NCBI GenBank assembly: GCA_965214405.1
Contig: OZ243956.1
Span: 2,368,001 to 2,432,000 of the forward strand
Source: Trueperaceae bacterium
GTDB taxonomy: Bacteria > Deinococcota > Deinococci > Deinococcales > Trueperaceae
DNA: 64,000 nucleotides
Direction of reading: 5' to 3'
Shown: positions 1-7,674 of the stretch, in pieces
How the letters are laid out: each line of letters begins with the position of its first letter
How positions within the stretch are numbered: position 1 is the stretch's first letter
Position numbers and translations under genes: made by a program
Notes under the pieces: model-generated
The model's input: the letters and a program-made list of their open reading frames with translations, nothing else
What the model was told of the DNA's origin: nothing
Database searches by the model: none

Positions 1-2
1 GC

Positions 3-113
3 TACCGCGACATCTTCGTCGCCACGGGCGCGATGTTCCTCGTGACCGTCGGCCTCGCGCTCTGGAAGTTGCCGAACACGCGCGTAAGACGCGCGGCGAG
101 TCCAGCAGACTAG
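3..113 (+). CDS. 3' end of a membrane protein (possibly an MFS transporter), truncated by the window edge
   Basis: Frame reads YRDIFVATGAMFLVTVGLALWKLP...* (last TM helix, then TAG at 111-113). Confidence 0.5.
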   Translation, partial: YRDIFVATGAMFLVTVGLALWKLPNTRVRRAASPAD

Positions 114-175
114 ATAATGACAAGGGGACCGGAGACTTCTCCGGGTTTCTCCAACGCTTTTTGTTCCCCCGCACC

Positions 176-204
176 TTGACAGGCCCTTACGCGCGCGCTA
201 GCGT
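176..204 (+). promoter_or_regulatory. Sigma70-type promoter for the riboswitch/thiB transcript
   Basis: TTGACA-17 bp-TAGCGT directly upstream of the riboswitch. Confidence 0.6.
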
Positions 205-212
205 GGACGCGT

Positions 213-288
213 CACCAGGGGTGCCTTGACAAGGCTGAGAACAGACCCTGCGAACCTGATCCCGTTAGTACGGGCGTAGGAAGCGTGA
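213..288 (+). ncRNA. TPP (thiamine pyrophosphate) riboswitch
   Basis: Hallmark motifs GGGGTGC..GCTGAGA..ACCC..GAACCTGATC..GTTAGTAC..GCGTAGGAAG; lies upstream of thiB. Confidence 0.93.
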
Positions 289-370
289 TAGTGAAGCCCA
301 AAGGTTAAAGATATTGAAGGGCTTCAAAACGAGCTTCAGGTTTCCTTTCTGGTGACGGAATGGATTTTTT

Positions 371-1417
371 ATGCTTAAGAAGATGTTAGCCCTCCTCCTG
401 GCGCTCGCGCTGAGCGCGTCTTTCGCGCAGACGCTGCGCGTCCTCACGCACAACTCGTTCAACATCTCTAACGATGTGTTGGAAGCCTTTACGCAAGAAA
501 CGGGCATCGAGGTGCAGCTTTTGGAGGGCGGCGACGCGGGCGAGACCGTCAACCGCGCGGTTTTGACGAAGGGCAACCCGCTGGCCGACGTACTCTACGG
601 CGTGGACAACAGCCTCATTGCTCGAGCCGCGAACGAAGGGATTTTCGAGCCTTACCAGAGTCCGCAGCTCGAGCGGGTGCCCGAGACTTACAGGTTTAGC
701 CAGGACAATTTGGTCACGCCTATCGACGTAGGGTTTGTCAACTTCAATTACGACAAGGCCTGGTTTGAAGAGCGTGGCCTCGAGCCCCCCACCAGCCTCG
801 AGGACCTCACCGAGCCCGCTTACGAGGGGTTGACGGTAGTCCAAAACCCGGCGACGAGTTCGCCCGGTTTGGCGTTTATGCTCACGACCATTGACAAGTT
901 TGGGGATGAGTGGCTTACGTACTGGGCGGCGTTGCGTGATAACGGGCTCGAGGTGGCCGACGGCTGGGAGAGCGCTTATAACACCTCTTTTACGCTCTAC
1001 GGCGGCGATAAACCCATCGTCTTGTCCTACGCCAGCTCGCCCGCTGCCGAGGTCGTCTACGCTGAAACCACACCCCAAGACGCGCCCACCGGCAACTTGT
1101 TCTGCGACGCGTGCGTGTTCCGGCAAATTGAGGCGGTGGGCATTTTGAAGGGCACAAAAGAGCGAGCGGCGGCGGAAAAGTTTATCGACTACATGCTGAG
1201 TGTGAAGTTTCAAGACGACATCCCGCTCAACATGTTCGTTTACCCCGTCGTGGACGACGCCACGCTGCCGGAGGTGTTCACCCAGTACGCCGCGGTGCCG
1301 AGCGAGGCGCAAATTGCGAGCGTTCCTGCGGAGACGGTTGAGGCCAGTTTGCGCGGGTGGCTGGACGCGTGGACCAGGGTGGTGGAGCAGGGGCAGGACC
1401 CGGCGGCGGTGCAGTAA
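371..1417 (+). CDS. thiB: Thiamine ABC transporter substrate-binding protein
   Basis: Signal peptide; LTHNSF, ADVLYGVDN, NPATSSPGLAF and LSYASSP motifs; TPP riboswitch upstream. Confidence 0.9.
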   Translation: MLKKMLALLLALALSASFAQTLRVLTHNSFNISNDVLEAFTQETGIEVQLLEGGDAGETVNRAVLTKGNPLADVLYGVDNSLIARAANEGIFEPYQSPQLERVPETYRFSQDNLVTPIDVGFVNFNYDKAWFEERGLEPPTSLEDLTEPAYEGLTVVQNPATSSPGLAFMLTTIDKFGDEWLTYWAALRDNGLEVADGWESAYNTSFTLYGGDKPIVLSYASSPAAEVVYAETTPQDAPTGNLFCDACVFRQIEAVGILKGTKERAAAEKFIDYMLSVKFQDDIPLNMFVYPVVDDATLPEVFTQYAAVPSEAQIASVPAETVEASLRGWLDAWTRVVEQGQDPAAVQ

Positions 1418-1648
1418 GGCGGGCCGATTTAGAAAAATGTTTGAGGGTGTGCTGTCAGGTGCGGTACACCTTTTTGCTACTGTTAAGCTGAAACAGCTTC
1501 AGCCATTATCTCCTCGGGGCTCATCACACGCCCCTTTTCACTTCGCGCTTTTGTCAAAGAGATTTTTTCTTCCTCGCTCAACTCCAAAGTTGGCAGCGAA
1601 GCTTCCCATGCGTTCCAGCGGCGGGGATTCTCAAGCCTCTGCTCTCTC

Positions 1649-2377
1649 TTAATTTTCATGGTGCTGTGCGGCGTGGGAAAGAGCTTTGTCGTAAAAAAGG
1701 CCGTGCATCAATAAGTCGGTCACCACCTGAACGGCCCGTTCCCCGTCTACATGCGGCGCTTCGGCGATTCGCCAGAAAAGCAGGTTCAGCATTCCCGCGA
1801 CGCCCGCCACGTCAACGTTCGGTCTCGCCCCCGGCAACTGTAACGCGGATTGAAGCGCCGCCTCCACGCGTTTGGCCGTCCAGGCTTCTACCTGCCCATC
1901 AAGCTCGCGTAACTCGAGATCGCTCAGCACCACCTCACGCCAAGCCCGGTAAGCGCCCCCGTATTTGCGGTCGGCCATCAGCCCCTCGCGGAGCGCCCGC
2001 TCGAGCACAACTCTGGGCTCGTTCACCCTGCCTAAGTCAAGGTCTAGCGCCGTCAACTCCTCGAGCAAATTGTCCATCAAGACCAAAAGTACCTGACGCT
2101 TCGAGCGGAAATGCTGGTAAAACGTCCCGGCACCCACACCCGCCTGAGCGGCCATCTCCCCGATGCTGGTCAGCTCGTAGCCACGCTCCGCAAATAAATT
2201 CAGGGCCGCCCCCAGCAGCGCCGCCCGCGTTTGGCGGCTGCGCTCTTGCCTGGGCGGTGGTGGTAGGTCTTCGGCGCCCAGGAGGTCCGGACGTGGTGGA
2301 AATTTAAGCAAGAACGGGTTGGGGTACAAAGTCGGTAATGAGGGCGCTGAGGATTTCCGGCTGGTCTTCAGCCACAA
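1649..2377 (-). CDS. TetR/AcrR family regulator (true start probably near 2310)
   Basis: RQERSRQTRAALL..LFAERGYE.TSI.EMA..AGVGAGTFYQHF.SK HTH. Confidence 0.88.
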   Translation of the reverse strand: MWLKTSRKSSAPSLPTLYPNPFLLKFPPRPDLLGAEDLPPPPRQERSRQTRAALLGAALNLFAERGYELTSIGEMAAQAGVGAGTFYQHFRSKRQVLLVLMDNLLEELTALDLDLGRVNEPRVVLERALREGLMADRKYGGAYRAWREVVLSDLELRELDGQVEAWTAKRVEAALQSALQLPGARPNVDVAGVAGMLNLLFWRIAEAPHVDGERAVQVVTDLLMHGLFYDKALSHAAQHHEN

Positions 2378-3158
2378 ACGTTTTCGAGCCCTTTACCCGC
2401 TCCAAACGGGCGTCTGGAAACGCTTTTGCCAGCCGCTCACCGAAACGGAGAGGGAAAATCCAGTCATCCTCACCCCAAGCGACCAAAACTGGCTTGTGAA
2501 ACTCGGAAAAGCGCTTGGCGGCTTCTAGCGTGTAGCGGTTGGCAATCCCCAAGCCAAACTTTTTGGTGTCACGCCTTACCGCTGGGTTACGGATAAAGCC
2601 CCTGAAGTAGCTCTCGCCGACGCGAGGCTCGAGCCTCGCGTGAGCGAGCAAGGCGTAGAGCAGTTTCTGGACCGGCCTCAGCCGCAAGGTCAGAGCGAAA
2701 AAGGACACGCCACCAGGCAACCGAAAAAGGGTTTGAAATGGTCGCAACACAGGCGGGAGGAAGTTTTCAAAAGCGTCGCAGTTGGTGAGTACGAGGCGAG
2801 CAACACGTTCGGGGTAGTTGACCACGACGAGTTGCGTGAGCGCCCCACCCGTGTCACACGCAACGATGGTCACGTCTCTGAGGTTGAGGGCTGCCATAAG
2901 GTCGTGGATAAGTTTTGCAATACCAAGGGGAGACAGGTCTGCATTCTCATGCATGGGCTCGGTGTGCCCGCCAAGCGGCAAGGTTGGGACGATGCAGCGG
3001 AAGTGGGCGGAAAGTGGACGGTAAACCTTACGCCACATTTCACCGTTAACCAGCAGACCGTGAATGAAAAGAAGCGTGGGGCCGTCGCCGCTGTCTAGGT
3101 ACTGGACCGTCCCTTGGGAAAGCTGGACTTTTCGGGTTTGTGACACACCTGTCATCAT
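2304..3158 (-). CDS. Alpha/beta fold hydrolase (epoxide hydrolase/dehalogenase-like, Asp nucleophile)
   Basis: FIHG oxyanion motif; ACDTGG nucleophile elbow; WGEDD. Confidence 0.85.
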   Translation of the reverse strand: MMTGVSQTRKVQLSQGTVQYLDSGDGPTLLFIHGLLVNGEMWRKVYRPLSAHFRCIVPTLPLGGHTEPMHENADLSPLGIAKLIHDLMAALNLRDVTIVACDTGGALTQLVVVNYPERVARLVLTNCDAFENFLPPVLRPFQTLFRLPGGVSFFALTLRLRPVQKLLYALLAHARLEPRVGESYFRGFIRNPAVRRDTKKFGLGIANRYTLEAAKRFSEFHKPVLVAWGEDDWIFPLRFGERLAKAFPDARLERVKGSKTFVAEDQPEILSALITDFVPQPVLA

Positions 3159-3180
3159 TTGACCTCCATAAATCGTTTCC

Positions 3181-3222
3181 GAATTCGAATTCAGGTTAGC
3201 GCAAGTAAGCTGGTTTTGTCAA
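3181..3222 (-). promoter_or_regulatory. Promoter with a palindromic candidate TetR operator
   Basis: Minus strand TTGACA-18 bp-TAACCT followed immediately by the perfect palindrome GAATTCGAATTC (3181-3192). Confidence 0.5.
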
Positions 3223-3261
3223 GTACAGCGACGACCCTTCAGGATGCTCTCTGTAAGCCTG

Positions 3262-3873
3262 TCAAGCCGGTTTGAGCACCCCGCGCAAAAACACTTGCAC
3301 CAGTAGCACCGCCTCGTCAACCTCCTCGGCTCCTTCTTGCGCGTCTTCTCGAGGCGCGTAAGCAGTAAGCGTGTCCACAAAAACCATTGTGGTGAAAAGT
3401 TCTGCGGTGGCGAGCGGGGGCGTGGGGACGAGGTCGCCCCGTTGAACGCCCTCCCGCAGGATGTCCGCCACGCGCCGGATGTAAATTTCTAACGGGCGCT
3501 GACCGATGAGTCCGGGCAGGCCGCTGGCGGTGAGAAAAATATGGAGCACGCCGCGGTTAGCTTCTTGAAAAGCAAGCGTTTCACGAACCATCGCCGCCAA
3601 GCGTGCGTCCGTCGCCTCGACATCCCGCACCGCCTCGTCAATCCGGGTGACGAGTTCTTCACTTTTCGAGGTCAGGAGCGCCTGCAAAAGGGCCAGCTTA
3701 TCGCCAAAATGGTTGTAGAGACTCACCCGAGTAAGCAGCGCGCGTTCGGCGATTTCTTCCATCGAGGCGTTGTGAAAGCCGCGCTCGGCGAATACGTCCA
3801 GGGCGGCCCCCAAAATCTCGAGTCTCCGTTTATGGCGGCGCTTCTCCCGCGGGCTGAGGTCGGTTACCGTCAC
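3262..3873 (-). CDS. TetR/AcrR family regulator
   Basis: ILGAALDVFAERGFHNASMEEIAERA..TRVSLYNHF HTH; start overlaps the P450 stop. Confidence 0.88.
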   Translation of the reverse strand: MTVTDLSPREKRRHKRRLEILGAALDVFAERGFHNASMEEIAERALLTRVSLYNHFGDKLALLQALLTSKSEELVTRIDEAVRDVEATDARLAAMVRETLAFQEANRGVLHIFLTASGLPGLIGQRPLEIYIRRVADILREGVQRGDLVPTPPLATAELFTTMVFVDTLTAYAPREDAQEGAEEVDEAVLLVQVFLRGVLKPA

Positions 3874-5240
3874 CGAGGGCGCAGCCTCATCGAAATGCCG
3901 TTTTTGGGACGCAACGTAATCATCGTTTGCGGCTCGACGGGGTGACCGGGGACAAGCTCGAGCGCGTACCGCTGCGCCACGGTCGCCAAGATGAGTTGCG
4001 CCTCCATCATCGCAAAGTTGTTGCCGATGCAGCCCCTTGGCCCGCCGCCAAAAGGAATATAGGCGAAGCGGTGGCGGCCCTCGGAACGTTCGGGCGAAAA
4101 GCGCTCCGGGTCGAAACCCTCGGGGTTGGGCCAGAAGTCGGGGTGGCGGTGGGTGACGTAGGTGCTAATAACCACGTCGGACCCTGCCTCGATGGGGTAG
4201 CCACCCACTTCATCAGGCGCTTTTGCGCGCCGCCCGATGGCCCAGGCGGGCGGGTAGAGGCGCATCGCCTCCTCGACGACCATTTTGGTGTAGGAAAGTC
4301 TCTGAAGGTCGGCAACCGTCGGGGTGTGCCCCAGCGTGTCTACTTCGGCAAAAAGTCCCTCGGCGGCGGTGGGGTGACCTGAGAGCAAATAAAAGGTCCA
4401 GGCGAGCGCGTTGGCCGTCGTCTCGTGGCCCGCCAAAAAGAGCGTCATCGCCTCGTCGCGCACTTGTTTATCGGTCATGCCCTCGCCCGTGTCGGCGTCG
4501 CGGGCGTGCAGGAGCATCGACAGTAGGTCCCGCTTATCGTCTTCGTCCCCCCCAGCTTTGCGCCGCTCGTCAATCATCCGGTAGACCACCTCGTCTAAAG
4601 TCTCGATGGCCGCGCGGAAGAGTCGGTTGCCGGGGGTGGGCAAAGCTTCTAGATTTAAGAGAGAGCGCATCCGGGCGTTGGTGTGCTCGAGCGCTATACT
4701 CAAGGCCCGCCCGACGCGGTCCGCCTCGCCCGACACGTCGGTGCTAAAGAGCGTCCAGCCGACAATCGTGAGCGTGAGGCGCATCATCTCCCGCGCCACG
4801 TCGAAGGGTTGACCCTCACGCGCAAAAACGCTCCAGCGCTCGTCCAGCATGGAGCGCGTCGAGGCGACCATCGTGTCCCCAAACCCGCCGATGCGCCCGC
4901 GGTGAAACATGGGCTGCGCCAGGCGGCGCTGCCGGAGCCAGAAGTCGCCCTCGGAGGTGAGCAGGCCCCGCCCCAACAGCGGCGCGGTTTTTTCGTAGGC
5001 GCTGTCTTTTTGATAGTTCTGATAGTTGTCGAGCAGCACGTGCTTGATAAAGTCCGGGTGCGCGATGAGGTAGGGGTGGCGCGGCCCGGCGCGGAAACGG
5101 AAAATATCGCCCAAGTCGCGCCGCGTATTGACAAAAAAGCCCAGCGCGTCGCGGCGCAGCGCGGGCAGGTGACCCACGAGGGGCTGACCCTTGGGTTCGG
5201 GTGCGGCGGCAGGCTTGGCGGGTTTGGTGAGCGTGGTCAT
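3870..5240 (-). CDS. Cytochrome P450
   Basis: AGHETT I-helix, EAMR (ExxR), PERF, FGGGPRGCIG heme-Cys motif; AGGAG SD before ATG at 5240. Confidence 0.95.
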   Translation of the reverse strand: MTTLTKPAKPAAAPEPKGQPLVGHLPALRRDALGFFVNTRRDLGDIFRFRAGPRHPYLIAHPDFIKHVLLDNYQNYQKDSAYEKTAPLLGRGLLTSEGDFWLRQRRLAQPMFHRGRIGGFGDTMVASTRSMLDERWSVFAREGQPFDVAREMMRLTLTIVGWTLFSTDVSGEADRVGRALSIALEHTNARMRSLLNLEALPTPGNRLFRAAIETLDEVVYRMIDERRKAGGDEDDKRDLLSMLLHARDADTGEGMTDKQVRDEAMTLFLAGHETTANALAWTFYLLSGHPTAAEGLFAEVDTLGHTPTVADLQRLSYTKMVVEEAMRLYPPAWAIGRRAKAPDEVGGYPIEAGSDVVISTYVTHRHPDFWPNPEGFDPERFSPERSEGRHRFAYIPFGGGPRGCIGNNFAMMEAQLILATVAQRYALELVPGHPVEPQTMITLRPKNGISMRLRPR

Positions 5241-5367
5241 GAAATCTCCTCTGAATCTTATACAGATTATATAAAGTTTTAACAGTCTGTAAAGCATCTA
5301 AGGCGTATGAAGAGAGAACTTTAACGAGACCTGTAGGCAGCCGTGAGGGCTACAATGGGCGCAGCCT

Positions 5368-6186
5368 ATGACCCTAAGGATTCGCGCGCCAAAGACCATC
5401 ACGGAGTTCAAACACTTAGAAGCGCTTCAGCGGGAGGTGTGGGAGACTAGAGCGGGCCTCGAGCCCGCCGAAACGCTCCTGACAGTCCAAAAAAACGGCG
5501 GCGTGGTGCTGGCTGCTTACGACGAGGCAGCCCTGCCGGAACGCCCTGTAGGCTTTGTGTTCGGCTTTCTCGGGCGCGCGGCGTCGGGAGAGTTCAAGCA
5601 CTGCTCGCACATGCTCGGGGTGCTCATGGGTTACCGGGACAAGGGTGTCGGGTACAGCCTCAAGGAGGCGCAGCGTGAGGCGGTGCTGAGGCAGAATCTA
5701 AAGCTCGTCACCTGGACCTTTGACCCCTTGGAAAGCCGCAACGCCGCCTTTAACTTGCGCAAATTAGGCGCGGTCTGTGGCCTTTACCTCCCTAACCTCT
5801 ACGGCGACATGGGCGGCATTAACCAAGGCTTGCCGAGCGACCGTTTTCAGGTGGACTGGCGGGTGGATGGCGCGCACGTCCGGGAGCGGTTGGCGGGTGG
5901 AACATCACCCAAAGAAATAAACGGAGATAGGGTGGACGCACAGCGCGGTGGGAGATTCGTTCGTCCCCCGGATTCTGCGCCGTCCCTCGAGCCCCCCCGC
6001 CTCTTTATCGAGATACCGACCAACATCCAAAACATCAAAAAGGCCGACGGGGCGCTCTCTAGCGCCTGGCGAGATTACACGCGCGACGTTTTTACTCGGG
6101 CCTTTGCACAAAACTACACCGCGACGGACTTTCTGTCTAAGGAGAAGCGGGGTTACTACGTGCTCGAGCGAAATTGGACCACGTGA
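5368..6186 (+). CDS. GNAT family acyltransferase (N-succinyltransferase-like)
   Basis: SHMLGV..YRDKGVG, WTFDPL..RNA.FN..KLGA, GLPSDRF.V.W. Confidence 0.8.
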   Translation: MTLRIRAPKTITEFKHLEALQREVWETRAGLEPAETLLTVQKNGGVVLAAYDEAALPERPVGFVFGFLGRAASGEFKHCSHMLGVLMGYRDKGVGYSLKEAQREAVLRQNLKLVTWTFDPLESRNAAFNLRKLGAVCGLYLPNLYGDMGGINQGLPSDRFQVDWRVDGAHVRERLAGGTSPKEINGDRVDAQRGGRFVRPPDSAPSLEPPRLFIEIPTNIQNIKKADGALSSAWRDYTRDVFTRAFAQNYTATDFLSKEKRGYYVLERNWTT

Positions 6187-6230
6187 GTTAGGTCCGTATC
6201 GAGCAAGGACGCCTTCGTTATACTTACCCT

Positions 6231-6488
6231 ATGAACGAAACCAACGAGCGGCTTCGCAACGCCATCAAAAGCGCGCTGGCGGCGCGCGACGAGACCACGG
6301 CGGAATTTGCGCGAGATGCGGGACTCGAGCGCGCCTACCTAGACCGGCTCGTCTCGGGAGCCGAGGGGGGAGTGCCGGGACCCTTGCTCGAGGTTTTAGA
6401 GGCGTTGGACCTCGAGCTTACGGCGCGTCCAAAAGGGCAGGAGCAGGGGACGCTCTCAGAAATGATGCAGGACAACGCGCGGGGGTAA
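6231..6488 (+). CDS. Small XRE-type HTH protein
   Basis: AEFARDAGLERAYLDRL HTH; TATACT 6 nt before ATG. Confidence 0.65.
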   Translation: MNETNERLRNAIKSALAARDETTAEFARDAGLERAYLDRLVSGAEGGVPGPLLEVLEALDLELTARPKGQEQGTLSEMMQDNARG

Positions 6489-6678
6489 GGTGCAGGCTGT
6501 AAGCACCGTGGGCGGCTCGAGCCCCAACCGGTGAGGTTTCTGTGCGCTGCCAAAGAGGTAGATGTGGTTTTATAAAGTAGCTTGGGCGCGGCACCTGCCG
6601 TTGGCCCAAAATGTAAGAGGTAATAAAACTTAAAACGACAAACGGGCGCAGGGCTGGCCCGCTGAGAGGGGTAAGAAC

Positions 6679-6876
6679 ATGGATTGGACGTGGAGTGCGA
6701 TTATAGGCGCGGTGCTGCTGGCGTTGAGCGTTTTCGCCTTTTTTTACGCCGCCAACTTAAGGCGGTCCAAGGGCGTCGAGGTGAGCGGCATGGGCGTGTT
6801 CGTCTTGTTGGGCTTTGGGCTTTTTGCGATGGGGAGTCTTCTCTTTTTGCTCGGGTTTTTGCAAAACCTCAATTGA
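6679..6876 (+). CDS. Small two-TM membrane protein
   Basis: Two hydrophobic segments; GAGGGG SD. Confidence 0.55.
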   Translation: MDWTWSAIIGAVLLALSVFAFFYAANLRRSKGVEVSGMGVFVLLGFGLFAMGSLLFLLGFLQNLN

Positions 6877-7021
6877 CCGGAGAAGCGTTTCAGATTTTGA
6901 TTAGGGAGTAAGGGAGAATAGCGGGGTGCTGTATTCCTGCTGTATTCCGCCTTCTCCCCCTATGTTTAGACCCCTCGGCAAGACGCGTCACGTAAGACAA
7001 CGTAAGACACCCTCTCGAGCC

Positions 7022-7573
7022 CTACCAGCCCTTGCGCCGTCTGCGCCCACGCGACCTGAGCTTAGAGCCGTGGTCGGGCCGGACGCCGTCGGCCACCAGG
7101 TGGAGCCACTGCGACAGGTAGTAGCCGACAAGCGCGCCGAGGGAGAGCTCGAGCGCGTTCTCCCGCCACTGCGCGCGGACGCTCAGGGTGACGCCGAAGG
7201 GAGAAAGCAGCGCCGCCGCGGCCCACGACAGGGCGAGCCCGACCATCACCATATACAAAAGCCGCGTGAGTGGCCCGACAAACCACGTGTGAGACAGTCC
7301 TCGGTGGCTGAAGAGTTCGCCGTAGGGCAACCACAAAAGACCCAGAAAGCCCCAGTAGCGCTTCGCGCGCACGTGATTTTCAGCCAGGTCGAGGTCGGGC
7401 GTGACCAAAAAGGTGCCGACGAGGTAACTCACGGTAAAAAGCGTGGCGGTTTCGGGCGCGAGCAGCACGTCGAAGCGGGCGGTGTATCCCTGCGCGCGCG
7501 CGAATGTGTAGGCCGCCGCCGCCGCGCCAAAGACGACTAGATTGATGGTTTCATGCGCGCGTCCGCTCGGCAT
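7022..7573 (-). CDS. DUF2227 family putative metal-binding membrane protein
   Basis: MPSGRAH, TPDLDL, W.PY...FSHRG.SH, HL.AD motifs. Confidence 0.85.
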   Translation of the reverse strand: MPSGRAHETINLVVFGAAAAAYTFARAQGYTARFDVLLAPETATLFTVSYLVGTFLVTPDLDLAENHVRAKRYWGFLGLLWLPYGELFSHRGLSHTWFVGPLTRLLYMVMVGLALSWAAAALLSPFGVTLSVRAQWRENALELSLGALVGYYLSQWLHLVADGVRPDHGSKLRSRGRRRRKGW

Positions 7574-7674
7574 GAAACCACTATAAAGGGAGGGGCAGGA
7601 TTTTCTCGAGGAACTGGCTTACAGGCGGGAGAGGGTTCCCCCGCCTGTGTTTTTCTTGCGTTTTAGGATTGGGT

